Positions 37,201 to 52,700 of a stretch of DNA of 64,000 nucleotides are shown here, one piece after another. Numbering within the stretch: position 1 is the stretch's first letter; every line of letters starts with the position of its first letter. The position numbers and the translations under genes are program-made. A model generated the notes under the pieces. The model was not told where the DNA came from. It did not search any database and was given only the letters and a program-made list of their open reading frames with translations. The stretch comes from Eledone cirrhosa (Eukaryota): assembly GCA_964016885.1 (NCBI GenBank), contig CAXHJY010000168.1:62001-126000 (forward strand), given 5' to 3'.

Positions 37201-37864
37201 TGGGGAATCCATTCTTTATTTTGGGGATCCATTTTTTATTTGGGGGATCCATTTTTTATTTGGGTGATCCATTTTTTATTTGGGTGATCCATTATTTTAT
37301 TTGGGGGATCCATTTTTTATTTGGGTGATCCATTTTTTATTTGGGTGATACATTTTTTATTTGGGGGATCCATTTTTTATTCGGGTGATCCATTTTTTAT
37401 TTGTGTGATCCATTTTTTATTTGGGTGATCCATTTTTTATTTGGGTGATCCATTTTTTATTTGGGGGATCCATTTTTTATTTGGGTGATCCATTTTTTAT
37501 TTGGGGGATCCATTTTTTATTTGGGTGATCCATTTTTTATATGAGGGATCCATTTTTTATTTGAGTGATCCATTTTTTATTTGGGTGAACCATTTTTTAT
37601 TTGGGTGATCCATTTTTTATTTGAGAGATTCATTTTTTATTTGGGTGATCCATTTTTTATTTGGGTGATCCATTTTTGATTTGGGGGATCCATTTTTTAT
37701 TTGGGTGATCCCTTTTTTATTTGGGTGATCTATTTTTTATTTGGGGGATCCTTTTTTATTTGGGTGATTCATTTTTTATTTGGGGTATCCATTTTTTATT
37801 TGGGGGATCTATTTTTTATTTGGGTGATCCATTTTTTATTTGGGGGATCCATTTTTTATTTGGG

Positions 37865-40800
37865 GGATCCATTTTTTATTTGGGTGATCCATTTTTCATT
37901 TGTGGGATCCATTTTTTATTTGGGTGATCCATTTTTTACTTGGGTGATCCATTTTTTATTTGAGGGATCCATTTTTTATTTGGGTGATCCATTTTTTATT
38001 TGGGTGATCCATTTTTTATTTGGGGGGATCCATTTTTTATTTGGGTGATCCATATTTTATTTGGGTGATACATTTTTTATTTTGGGGATCCATTTTTTAT
38101 TTGGGTGATCCATTTTTATTTGGGGGGATCCATTTTTTATTTGGGGGATCCATTTTTTATTTGGGTGATCCATTTTTTATTTGGGGGATCCATTTTTTAT
38201 TTGGGTGATCCATTTTTTATTTGGGTGATCCATTTTTTATTTGAGGGATCCATTTTTTATTTGGGTGATCCATTTTTTATTTGGGGGATCCATTTTTTAT
38301 TTGGGTGATCCATTTTTTATTTGGGTGATCCATTTTTTATTTGGGGGATCCATTTTTTATTTGGGTGATCCATTTTTTATTTGGGGGATCCATTTTTTAT
38401 TTGGGGGGTCCATTTTTTATTTGGGTGATCCATTTTTTATTTGGGGGATCCATTTTTTATTTGGGTGATCCACTTTTTATTTGGGTGATCCATTTTTTAT
38501 TTGGGTGATCCATTTTTTATTTGGGTGATCCATTTTTTATTTGGGTGATCCATTTTTTATTTGTGTGATCCATTTTTTATTTGGGGGATCCATTTTTTAT
38601 TTGGGGGATCCATTTTTTATTTGGGTGATCCATTTTTTATTTGGGGGATCCATTTTTTATTTGGGTGATCCATTTTTTATTTGGGGGATCCATTTTTTAT
38701 TTGGGGGACCCATTTTTTATTTGGGTGATCCATTTTTTATTTGGGGGATTCATTTTTTATTTGGGTGATCCATTTTTTATTTGGGTGATCCATTTTATAT
38801 TTGGGTGATCCATTTTTTATTTGAGGGATCCATTTTTTATTTGGGTGATCCATTTTTTATTTGGGTGATCCATTTTTTATTTGGGGGATCCATTTTTTAT
38901 TTGGGTGATCTTTTTTTTATTTGGGTGATCCATTTTTTATTTGGGGGATCCATTTTTTATTTGGGTGATCCATTTTTTATTTGGGGGATCCATTTCTTAT
39001 TTGGGTGATCCATTTTTTATTTGGGTGATCCATTTTTTATTTGGGGAATCCAGTTTTTATTTGGGGGATCCATTTTTTATTTGGGTGATCCATTTTTTAT
39101 TTGGGGGATCCATTTTTTATTTGGGTGATCCATTTTTTATTTGGGTGATCCATTTTTTATTTGGGTGATCCATTTTTTATTTGGATGATCCATTTTTTAT
39201 TTGGGTTATACATTTTTTATTTGGGGGATCCATTTTTTATTTGGGTGATCCATTTTTTATTTGGGGGATCCATTTTTTATTTGGGGGATCCATTTTTTAT
39301 TTGGGTGATCCATTTTTTATTTGGGGGATCCATTTTTTATTTGGGTGATCCATTTTTTATTTGGGTGATCCATTTTTTATTTGGGTGATCCATTTTTTAT
39401 TTGGGTGATCCATTTTTTATTTGGGTGATCCATTTTTTATTTGGAGGATCCATTTTTTATTTGGGTGATCCATTTTTTATTTGGGGGATCCATTTTTTAT
39501 TTGGGTGATCCATTTTTTATTTGGGTGATCCATTTTTTATTTGGGTGATCCATTTTTTATTTGGATGATCCATTTTTTATTTGGGTGATACATTTTTTAT
39601 TTGGGGGATCCATTTTTTATTTGGGTGATCCATTTTTTATTTGGGTGATCCATTTTTTATTTGGGGGATCCATTTTTTATTTGGGTGATCCATTTTTTAT
39701 TTGGGTGATCCATATTTTATTTGGGTGATCCATTTTTTATTTTGGGGATCCATTTTTTATTTGGGTGATCCATTTTTTATTTGGGGGATCCATTTTTTAT
39801 TTGGGGGATCCATTTTTTATTTGAGTGATCCATTTTTTATTTGGGGGATCCATTTTTTATTTGGGTGATCCATTTTTTATTTGGGTGATCCATTTTTTAT
39901 TTGGGTGATCCATTTTTTATTTGGGCGATGCATTTTTTATTTGGGGGATCCATTTTCTATTTGGGTGATCCATTTTTTATTTGGGTGATCCATTTTTTAT
40001 TTGGGGGATCCATTTTTTATTTGGGTGATCCATTTTTTATTTGGGTGATCCATTTTTTATTTGAGGGATCCATTTTTTATTTGGGTGATCCATTTTTTAT
40101 TTTGGGGATCCATTTCTTATTTGGGTGATCCATTTTTTATTTGGGTGATCCATTTTTTATTTGGGGGATCCATTTTTTATTTGGGTGATCCATTTTTTAT
40201 TTGGGGGATCCATTTTTTATTTGGGTGATCCATTTTTTATTTGGTGGATCCATTTTTTATTTGGGGGATCCATTTTTTATTTGGGTGATCCATTTTTTAT
40301 TTGGGGGATCTATTTTTTATTTGGGGGATCCATTTTTTATTTGGGTGATCCATTTTTTATTTGGGGGATCCATTTTTTATTTGGGTGATTCATTTTTTAT
40401 TTGGGGGATCCATTTTTTATTTGAGGGATCCATTTTTTATTTGGGTGATCCATTTAATATTTGAGTGATCCATTTTTTATTGGGGGATCCATTTTTTATT
40501 TGGGTGATCCATTTTTTATTTGGGTGATCCATTTTTTATTTGGGGGATCCATTTTTTATTTGGGTGATCCATTTTTTATTTGGGGGATCCATTTTTTATT
40601 TGGGGGATCCATTTTTATTTGGGTGATCCATTTTTTATTTGGGGGATCCATTTTTTATTTGGGTGATCCATTTTTTATTTGGGTGATCCATTTTTTATTT
40701 GGGGGATCGATTTTTTATTTGGGTGATCCATTTTTTATTTGATTGATCCATTTTTTATTTGGGTGATCCATTTTTCATTTGTGGGATCCATTTTTTATTT

Positions 40801-43622
40801 GGGTGATCCATTTTTTACTTGGGTGATCCATTTTTTATTTGAGGGATCCATTTTTTATTTGGGTGATCCATTTTTTATTTGGGTGATCCATTTTTTATTT
40901 GGGGGGATCCATTTTTTATTTGGGTGATCCATATTTTATTTGGGTGATACATTTTTTATTTTGGGGATCCATTTTTTATTTGGGTGATCCATTTTTATTT
41001 GGGGGGATCCATTTTTTATTTGGGGGATCCATTTTTTATTTGGGTGATCCATTTTTTATTTGGGGGATCCATTTTTTATTTGGGTGATCCATTTTTTATT
41101 TGGGTGATCCATTTTTTATTTGAGGGATCCATTTTTTATTTGGGTGATCCATTTTTTATTTGGGGGATCCATTTTTTATTTGGGTGATCCATTTTTTATT
41201 TGGGTGATCCATTTTTTATTTGGGGGATCCATTTTTTATTTGGGTGATCCATTTTTTATTTGGGGGATCCATTTTTTATTTGGGGGGTCCATTTTTTATT
41301 TGGGTGATCCATTTTTTATTTGGGGGATCCATTTTTTATTTGGGTGATCCACTTTTTATTTGGGTGATCCATTTTTTATTTGGGTGATCCATTTTTTATT
41401 TGGGTGATCCATTTTTTATTTGGGTGATCCATTTTTTATTTGTGTGATCCATTTTTTATTTGGGGGATCCATTTTTTATTTGGGGGATCCATTTTTTATT
41501 TGGGTGATCCATTTTTTATTTGGGGGATCCATTTTTTATTTGGGTGATCCATTTTTTATTTGGGGGATCCATTTTTTATTTGGGGGACCCATTTTTTATT
41601 TGGGTGATCCATTTTTTATTTGGGGGATTCATTTTTTATTTGGGTGATCCATTTTTTATTTGGGTGATCCATTTTATATTTGGGTGATCCATTTTTTATT
41701 TGAGGGATCCATTTTTTATTTGGGTGATCCATTTTTTATTTGGGTGATCCATTTTTTATTTGGGGGATCCATTTTTTATTTGGGTGATCTTTTTTTTATT
41801 TGGGTGATCCATTTTTTATTTGGGGGATCCATTTTTTATTTGGGTGATCCATTTTTTATTTGGGGGATCCATTTCTTATTTGGGTGATCCATTTTTTATT
41901 TGGGTGATCCATTTTTTATTTGGGGAATCCAGTTTTTATTTGGGGGATCCATTTTTTATTTGGGTGATCCATTTTTTATTTGGGGGATCCATTTTTTATT
42001 TGGGTGATCCATTTTTTATTTGGGTGATCCATTTTTTATTTGGGTGATCCATTTTTTATTTGGATGATCCATTTTTTATTTGGGTTATACATTTTTTATT
42101 TGGGGGATCCATTTTTTATTTGGGTGATCCATTTTTTATTTGGGGGATCCATTTTTTATTTGGGGGATCCATTTTTTATTTGGGTGATCCATTTTTTATT
42201 TGGGGGATCCATTTTTTATTTGGGTGATCCATTTTTTATTTGGGTGATCCATTTTTTATTTGGGTGATCCATTTTTTATTTGGGTGATCCATTTTTTATT
42301 TGGGTGATCCATTTTTTATTTGGAGGATCCATTTTTTATTTGGGTGATCCATTTTTTATTTGGGGGATCCATTTTTTATTTGGGTGATCCATTTTTTATT
42401 TGGGTGATCCATTTTTTATTTGGGTGATCCATTTTTTATTTGGATGATCCATTTTTTATTTGGGTGATACATTTTTTATTTGGGGGATCCATTTTTTATT
42501 TGGGTGATCCATTTTTTATTTGGGTGATCCATTTTTTATTTGGGGGATCCATTTTTTATTTGGGTGATCCATTTTTTATTTGGGTGATCCATATTTTATT
42601 TGGGTGATCCATTTTTTATTTTGGGGATCCATTTTTTATTTGGGTGATCCATTTTTTATTTGGGGGATCCATTTTTTATTTGGGGGATCCATTTTTTATT
42701 TGAGTGATCCATTTTTTATTTGGGGGATCCATTTTTTATTTGGGTGATCCATTTTTTATTTGGGTGATCCATTTTTTATTTGGGTGATCCATTTTTTATT
42801 TGGGCGATGCATTTTTTATTTGGGGGATCCATTTTCTATTTGGGTGATCCATTTTTTATTTGGGTGATCCATTTTTTATTTGGGGGATCCATTTTTTATT
42901 TGGGTGATCCATTTTTTATTTGGGTGATCCATTTTTTATTTGAGGGATCCATTTTTTATTTGGGTGATCCATTTTTTATTTTGGGGATCCATTTCTTATT
43001 TGGGTGATCCATTTTTTATTTGGGTGATCCATTTTTTATTTGGGGGATCCATTTTTTATTTGGGTGATCCATTTTTTATTTGGGGGATCCATTTTTTATT
43101 TGGGTGATCCATTTTTTATTTGGTGGATCCATTTTTTATTTGGGGGATCCATTTTTTATTTGGGTGATCCATTTTTTATTTGGGGGATCTATTTTTTATT
43201 TGGGGGATCCATTTTTTATTTGGGTGATCCATTTTTTATTTGGGGGATCCATTTTTTATTTGGGTGATTCATTTTTTATTTGGGGGATCCATTTTTTATT
43301 TGAGGGATCCATTTTTTATTTGGGTGATCCATTTAATATTTGAGTGATCCATTTTTTATTGGGGGATCCATTTTTTATTTGGGTGATCCATTTTTTATTT
43401 GGGTGATCCATTTTTTATTTGGGGGATCCATTTTTTATTTGGGTGATCCATTTTTTATTTGGGGGATCCATTTTTTATTTGGGGGATCCATTTTTATTTG
43501 GGTGATCCATTTTTTATTTGGGGGATCCATTTTTTATTTGGGTGATCCATTTTTTATTTGGGTGATCCATTTTTTATTTGGGGGATCGATTTTTTATTTG
43601 GGTGATCCATTTTTTATTTGAT
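37865..43622. repeat. Tandem higher-order duplication of satellite, unit 2879 bp (boundaries approximate)
   Basis: Rare monomer variants and ORF-track entries recur at +2879 (38020/40899, 39161/42040, 40461/43340). Confidence 0.85.
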
Positions 43623-46600
43623 TGATCCATTTTTTATTTGAGGGATCCATTTTTTCTTTGGGTGATCCATTTTTTCTTTGGGTGATCCATTTTTTATTTG
43701 GGGGATCCATTTTTTATTTGGGTGATCCATTTTTTATTTGGCTGATCAATATTTTATTTGGGGGATCCACTTTTTATTTGGGGGATCCATTTTTTATTTG
43801 GGGGATCCATTTTTTATTTGGGGGATCCATTTTTTATTTGGGTGATCCATTTTTTATTTGGGTGATCCATTTTTTATTTGGGTGATCCATTTTTTATTTG
43901 GGGGATCCATTTTTTATTTGGGTGATCCATTTTTTATTTGGGTGATCCATTTTTTATTTGAGGGATCCATTTTTTATTTGGGTGATCCATTTTTTATTTT
44001 GGGGATCCATTTCTTATTTGGGTGATCCATTTTTTATTTGGGGGATCCATTTTTTATTTGGGGGATCCATTTTTTATTTGGGTGATCCATTTTTTATTTG
44101 GGGGATCCATTTTTTGGGGGGGGATCCATTTTTTATTTGGGTGATCCATTTTTTATTTGGGGGATCCATTTTTTATTTGGGTGATCCATTTTTATTTGGG
44201 TGATCCATTTTTTATTTGGGGAATCCATTTTTTATTTTGGGGATCCATTTTTTATTTGGGTGATCCATTTTTTATTTGGGGGATCCATTTTTTATTTGGG
44301 GGATCCATTTTTTATTTGGGTGATCCATTTTTTATTTGGGGGATCCATTTTTTATTTGGGTGATCCATTTTTTATTTGGGTGATCCATTTTTTATTTGAG
44401 GGATCCATTTTTTATTTGGGTGATCCATTTTTTAGTTGAGTGATCCATTTTTTATTGGGGGGATCCATTTTTTATTTGGGTGATCCATTTTTTATTTGGG
44501 TGATCCATTTTTTATTTGGGGGATCCATTTTTTATTTGGGTGATCCATTTTTTATTTGGGGGATCCATTTTATATTTGGGGATCCATTTTTTATTTGGGT
44601 GATCCATTTTTTATTTGGGGGATCCATTTTTTATTTGGGTGATACATTTTTTATTTGGGTGATCCATTTTTTATTTGGGGGATCGATTTTTTATTTGGGT
44701 GATTCATTTTTTATTTGATTGATCCATTATTTATTTGAGGGATCCATTTTTTCTTTGGGTGATCCATCTTTTCTTTGGGTGATCCATTTTTTATTTGGGG
44801 GATCCATTTTTTATTTGGGTGATCCATTTTTTATTTGGGTGATCCATTTTTTATTTGGGGGATCCACTTTTTATTTGGGGGATCCATTTTTTATTTGGGG
44901 GATCCATATTTTATTTGGGGGATCCATTTTTTATTTGGGTGATCCATTTTTTATTTGGGTGATCCATTTTTTATTTGGGTGATCCATTTTTTATTTGGGG
45001 GATCCATCTTTTATTTGGGTGATCCATTTTTTATTTGGGTGATCCATTTTTTATTTGGGGGATCCATTTTTTATTTAGGTGATCCATTTTTTATTTGGGT
45101 GATCCATTTTTTTATTTGGGGAATCCATTCTTTATTTTGGGGATCCATTTTTTATTTGGGGGATCCATTTTTTATTTGGGTGATCCATTTTTTATTTGGG
45201 TGATCCATTATTTTATTTGGGGGATCCATTTTTTATTTGGGTGATCCATTTTTTATTTGGGTGATACATTTTTTATTTGGGGGATCCATTTTTTATTCGG
45301 GTGATCCATTTTTTATTTGTGTGATCCATTTTTTATTTGGGTGATCCATTTTTTATTTGGGTGATCCATTTTTTATTTGGGGGATCCATTTTTTATTTGG
45401 GTGATCCATTTTTTATTTGGGGGATCCATTTTTTATTTGGGTGATCCATTTTTTATATGAGGGATCCATTTTTTATTTGAGTGATCCATTTTTTATTTGG
45501 GTGAACCATTTTTTATTTGGGTGATCCATTTTTTATTTGAGAGATTCATTTTTTATTTGGGTGATCCATTTTTTATTTGGGTGATCCATTTTTGATTTGG
45601 GGGATCCATTTTTTATTTGGGTGATCCCTTTTTTATTTGGGTGATCTATTTTTTATTTGGGGGATCCTTTTTTATTTGGGTGATTCATTTTTTATTTGGG
45701 GTATCCATTTTTTATTTGGGGGATCTATTTTTTATTTGGGTGATCCATTTTTTATTTGGGGGATCCATTTTTTATTTGGGGGATCCATTTTTTATTTGGG
45801 TGATCCATTTTTCATTTGTGGGATCCATTTTTTATTTGGGTGATCCATTTTTTACTTGGGTGATCCATTTTTTATTTGAGGGATCCATTTTTTATTTGGG
45901 TGATCCATTTTTTATTTGGGTGATCCATTTTTTATTTGGGGGGATCCATTTTTTATTTGGGTGATCCATATTTTATTTGGGTGATACATTTTTTATTTTG
46001 GGGATCCATTTTTTATTTGGGTGATCCATTTTTATTTGGGGGGATCCATTTTTTATTTGGGGGATCCATTTTTTATTTGGGTGATCCATTTTTTATTTGG
46101 GGGATCCATTTTTTATTTGGGTGATCCATTTTTTATTTGGGTGATCCATTTTTTATTTGAGGGATCCATTTTTTATTTGGGTGATCCATTTTTTATTTGG
46201 GGGATCCATTTTTTATTTGGGTGATCCATTTTTTATTTGGGTGATCCATTTTTTATTTGGGGGATCCATTTTTTATTTGGGTGATCCATTTTTTATTTGG
46301 GGGATCCATTTTTTATTTGGGGGGTCCATTTTTTATTTGGGTGATCCATTTTTTATTTGGGGGATCCATTTTTTATTTGGGTGATCCACTTTTTATTTGG
46401 GTGATCCATTTTTTATTTGGGTGATCCATTTTTTATTTGGGTGATCCATTTTTTATTTGGGTGATCCATTTTTTATTTGTGTGATCCATTTTTTATTTGG
46501 GGGATCCATTTTTTATTTGGGGGATCCATTTTTTATTTGGGTGATCCATTTTTTATTTGGGGGATCCATTTTTTATTTGGGTGATCCATTTTTTATTTGG

Positions 46601-49600
46601 GGGATCCATTTTTTATTTGGGGGACCCATTTTTTATTTGGGTGATCCATTTTTTATTTGGGGGATTCATTTTTTATTTGGGTGATCCATTTTTTATTTGG
46701 GTGATCCATTTTATATTTGGGTGATCCATTTTTTATTTGAGGGATCCATTTTTTATTTGGGTGATCCATTTTTTATTTGGGTGATCCATTTTTTATTTGG
46801 GGGATCCATTTTTTATTTGGGTGATCTTTTTTTTATTTGGGTGATCCATTTTTTATTTGGGGGATCCATTTTTTATTTGGGTGATCCATTTTTTATTTGG
46901 GGGATCCATTTCTTATTTGGGTGATCCATTTTTTATTTGGGTGATCCATTTTTTATTTGGGGAATCCAGTTTTTATTTGGGGGATCCATTTTTTATTTGG
47001 GTGATCCATTTTTTATTTGGGGGATCCATTTTTTATTTGGGTGATCCATTTTTTATTTGGGTGATCCATTTTTTATTTGGGTGATCCATTTTTTATTTGG
47101 ATGATCCATTTTTTATTTGGGTTATACATTTTTTATTTGGGGGATCCATTTTTTATTTGGGTGATCCATTTTTTATTTGGGGGATCCATTTTTTATTTGG
47201 GGGATCCATTTTTTATTTGGGTGATCCATTTTTTATTTGGGGGATCCATTTTTTATTTGGGTGATCCATTTTTTATTTGGGTGATCCATTTTTTATTTGG
47301 GTGATCCATTTTTTATTTGGGTGATCCATTTTTTATTTGGGTGATCCATTTTTTATTTGGAGGATCCATTTTTTATTTGGGTGATCCATTTTTTATTTGG
47401 GGGATCCATTTTTTATTTGGGTGATCCATTTTTTATTTGGGTGATCCATTTTTTATTTGGGTGATCCATTTTTTATTTGGATGATCCATTTTTTATTTGG
47501 GTGATACATTTTTTATTTGGGGGATCCATTTTTTATTTGGGTGATCCATTTTTTATTTGGGTGATCCATTTTTTATTTGGGGGATCCATTTTTTATTTGG
47601 GTGATCCATTTTTTATTTGGGTGATCCATATTTTATTTGGGTGATCCATTTTTTATTTTGGGGATCCATTTTTTATTTGGGTGATCCATTTTTTATTTGG
47701 GGGATCCATTTTTTATTTGGGGGATCCATTTTTTATTTGAGTGATCCATTTTTTATTTGGGGGATCCATTTTTTATTTGGGTGATCCATTTTTTATTTGG
47801 GTGATCCATTTTTTATTTGGGTGATCCATTTTTTATTTGGGCGATGCATTTTTTATTTGGGGGATCCATTTTCTATTTGGGTGATCCATTTTTTATTTGG
47901 GTGATCCATTTTTTATTTGGGGGATCCATTTTTTATTTGGGTGATCCATTTTTTATTTGGGTGATCCATTTTTTATTTGAGGGATCCATTTTTTATTTGG
48001 GTGATCCATTTTTTATTTTGGGGATCCATTTCTTATTTGGGTGATCCATTTTTTATTTGGGTGATCCATTTTTTATTTGGGGGATCCATTTTTTATTTGG
48101 GTGATCCATTTTTTATTTGGGGGATCCATTTTTTATTTGGGTGATCCATTTTTTATTTGGTGGATCCATTTTTTATTTGGGGGATCCATTTTTTATTTGG
48201 GTGATCCATTTTTTATTTGGGTGATCCATTTTTTATTTGGGGAATCCATTTTTTATTTTGGGGATCCATTTTTTATTTGGGTGATCCATTTTTTATTTGG
48301 GGGATCCATTTTTTATTTGGGGGATCCATTTTTTATTTGGGTGATCCATATTTTATTTGGGTGATCCATTTTTTATTTTGGGGATCCATTTTTTATTTGG
48401 GTGATCCATTTTTTATTTGGGGGATCCATTTTTTATTTGGGGGATCCATTTTTTATTTGAGTGATCCATTTTTTATTTGGGGTATCCATTTTTTATTTGG
48501 GTGATCCATTTTTTATTTGGGTGATCCATTTTTTATTTGGGTGATCCATTTTTTATTTGGGGATCCATCTTTTATTTGGGTGATCCATTTTTTATTTGGG
48601 TGATCCATTTTTTATTTGGGGGATCCATTTTTTATTTGGGTGATCCATTTTTTATTTGGGTGATCCATTTTTTTATTTGGGGAATCCATTCTTTATTTTG
48701 GGGATCCATTTTTTATTTGGGGGATCCATTTTTTATTTGGGTGATCCATTTTTTATTTGGGTGATCCATTATTTTATTTGGGGGATCCATTTTTTATTTG
48801 GGTGATCCATTTTTTATTTGGGTGATACATTTTTTATTTGGGGGATCCATTTTTTATTCGGGTGATCCATTTTTTATTTGTGTGATCCATTTTTTATTTG
48901 GGTGATCCATTTTTTATTTGGGTGATCCATTCTTTATTTGGGGGATCCATTTTTTATTTGGGTGATCCATTTTTTATTTGGGGGATCCATTTTTTATTTG
49001 GGTGATGCATTTTTTATATGAGGGATCCATTTTTTATTTGGGTGATCCATTTTTTATTTGGGTGAACCATTTTTTATTTGGGTGATCCATTTTTTATTTG
49101 AGAGATTCATTTTTTATTTGGGTGATCCATTTTTTATTTGGGTGATCCATTTTTGATTTGGGGGATCCATTTTTTATTTGGGTGATCCCTTTTTTATTTG
49201 GGTGATCTATATTTTATTTGGGGGATCCTTTTTTATTTGGGTGATTCATTTTTTATTTGGGGTATCCATTTTTTATTTGGGGGATCCATTTTTTATTTGG
49301 GTGATCCATTTTTTATTTGGGGGATCCATTTTTTATTTGGGGGATCCATTTTTTATTTGGGTGATCCATTTTTCATTTGTGGGATCCATTTTTTATTTGG
49401 GTGATCCATTTTTTACTTGGGTGATCCATTTTTTATTTGAGGGATCCATTTTTTATTTGGGTGATCCATTTTTTATTTGGGTGATCCATTTTTTATTTGG
49501 GGGGATCCATTTTTTATTTGGGTGATCCATATTTTATTTGGGTGATACATTTTTTATTTTGGGGATCCATTTTTTATTTGGGTGATCCATTTTTATTTGG

Positions 49601-49759
49601 GGGATCCATTTTTTATTTGGGGGATCCATTTTTTATTTGGGTGATCCATTTTTTATTTGGGGGATCCATTTTTTATTTGGGTGATCCATTTTTTATTTGG
49701 GTGATCCATTTTTTATTTGAGGGATCCATTTTTTATTTGGGTGATCCATTTTTTATTTG

Positions 49760-52700
49760 GGGGATCCATTTTTTATTTGGGTGATCCATTTTTTATTTGG
49801 GTGATCCATTTTTTATTTGGGGGATCCATTTTTTATTTGGGTGATCCATTTTTTATTTGGGGGATCCATTTTTTATTTGGGGGGTCCATTTTTTATATGG
49901 GTGATCCATTTTTTATTTGGGGGATCCATTTTTTAATTGGGGGATTCATCTTTTATTTGGGTGATCCATTTTTTATTTGGGTGATCCATTTTATATTTGG
50001 GTGATCCATTTTTTATTTGAGGGATCCATTTTTTATTTGGGTGATCCATTTTTTATTTGGGTGATCCATTTTTTATTTGGGGGATCCATTTTTTATTTGG
50101 GTGATCTTTTTTTTATTTGGGTGATCCATTTTTTATTTGGGTGATCCATTTTTTATTTGGGTGATCCATTTTTTATTTGGGGAATCCAGTTTTTATTTGG
50201 GGGATCCATTTTTTATTTGGGTGATCCATTTTTTATTTGGGGGATCCATTTTTTATTTGGGTGATCCATTTTTTATTTGGGTGATCCATTTTTTATTTGG
50301 GTGATCCATTTTTTATTTGGATGATCCATTTTTTATTTGGGTGATACATTTTTTATTTGGGGGATCCATTTTTTATTTGGGTGATCCATTTTTTATTTGG
50401 GGGATCCATTTTTTATTTGGGGGATCCATTTTTTATTTGGGTGATCCATTTTTTATTTGGGGGATCCATTTTTTATTTGGGTGATCCATTTTTTATTTGG
50501 GTGATCCATTTTTTATTTGGGTGATCCATTTTTTATTTGGGTGATCCATTTTTTATTTGGATGATCCATTTTTTATTTGGGTGATCCATTTTTTATTTGG
50601 AGGATCCATTTTTTATTTGGGTGATCCATTTTTTATTTGGGGAATCCATTTTTTATTTGCTGGATCCATTTTTTATTTGGGTGATCCATTTTTTATTTGG
50701 GGGATCCATTTTTTATTTGGGTGATCCATTTTTTATTTGGGTGATCCATTTTTTATTTGGGGGATCCATTTTTTATTTGGGTGATCCATTTTTTATTTGG
50801 GTGATCCATATTTTATTTGGGTGATCCATTTTTTATTTTGGGGATCCATTTTTTATTTGGGTGATCCATTTTTTATTTGGGGGATCCATTTTTTATTTGG
50901 GGGATCCATTTTTTATTTGAGTGATCCATTTTTTATTTGGGGGATCCATTTTTTATTTGGGTGATCCATTTTTTATTTGGGTGATCCATTTTTTATTTGG
51001 GTGATCCATTTTTTATTTGGGCGATGCATTTTTTATTTGGGGGATCCATTTTCTATTTGGGTGATCCATTTTTTATTTGGGTGATCCATTTTTTATTTGG
51101 GGGATCCATTTTTTATTTGGGTGATCCATTTTTTATTTGGGTGATCCATTTTTTATTTGAGGGATCCATTTTTTATTTGGGTGATCCATTTTTTATTTTG
51201 GGGATCCATTTCTTATTTGGGTGATCCATTTTCTATTTGGGTGATCCATTTTTTATTTGGGGGATCCATTTTTTATTTGGGTGATCCATTTTTTATTTGG
51301 GGGATCCATTTTTTATTTGGGTGATCCATTTTTTATTTGGTGGATCCATTTTTTATTTGGGGGATCCATTTTTTATTTGGGTGATCCATTTTTTATTTGG
51401 GTGATCCATTTTTTATTTGGGGAATCCATTTTTTATTTTGGGGATCCATTTTTTATTTGGGTGATCCATTTTTTATTTGGGGGATCCATTTTTTATTTGG
51501 GGGATCCATTTTTTTTTTGGGTGATCCATTTTTTATTTGGGGGATCCATTTTTTATTTGGGGGATCGATTTTTTATTTGGGTGATCCATTTTTTATTTGA
51601 TTGATCCATTATTTATTTGAGGGATCCATTTTTTCTTTGGGTGATCCATCTTTTCTTTCGGTGATCCATTTTTTATTTGGGTGATCCATATTTTATTTGG
51701 GTGATCCATTTATTATTTTGGGGATCCATTTTTTATTTGGGTGATCCATTTTTTATTTGGGGGATCCATTTTTTATTTGGGGGATCCATTTTTTATTTGA
51801 GTGATCCATTTTTTATTTGGGGGATCCATTTTTTATTTGGGTGATCCATTTTTTATTTGGGTGATCCATTTTTTATTTGGGTGATCCATTTTTTATTTGG
51901 GCGATGCATTTTTTATTTGGGGGATCCATTTTCTATTTGGGTGATCCATTTTTTATTTGGGTGATCCATTTTTTATTTGGGGGATCCATTTTTTATTTGG
52001 GTGATCCATTTTTTATTTGGGTGATCCATTTTTTATTTGAGGGATCCATTTTTTATTTGGGTGATCCATTTTTTATTTTGGGGATCCATTTCTTATTTGG
52101 GTGATCCATTTTTTACTTGGGTGATCCATTTTTTATTTGAGGGATCCATTTTTTATTTGGGTGATCCATTTTTTATTTGGGTGATCCATTTTTTATTTGG
52201 GGGGATCCATTTTTTATTTGGGTGATCCATATTTTATTTGGGTGATACATTTTTTATTTTGGGGATCCATTTTTTATTTGGGTGATCCATTTTTATTTGG
52301 GGGATCCATTTTTTATTTGGGGGATCCATTTTTTATTTGGGTGATCCATTTTTTATTTGGGGGATCCATTTTTTATTTGGGTGATCCATTTTTTATTTGG
52401 GTGATCCATTTTTTATTTGAGGGATCCATTTTTTATTTGGGTGATCCATTTTTTATTTGGGGGATCCATTTTTTATTTGGGTGATCCATTTTTTATTTGG
52501 GTGATCCATTTTTTATTTGGGGGATCCATTTTTTATTTGGGTGATCCATTTTTTATTTGGGGGATCCATTTTTTATTTGGGGGGTCCATTTTTTATTTGT
52601 GGGATCCATTTTTTATTTGGGGGATCCATTTTTTTATTTGGGTGATCCACTTTTTATTTGGGTGATCCATTTTTTATTTGGGTGATCCATTTTTTATTTG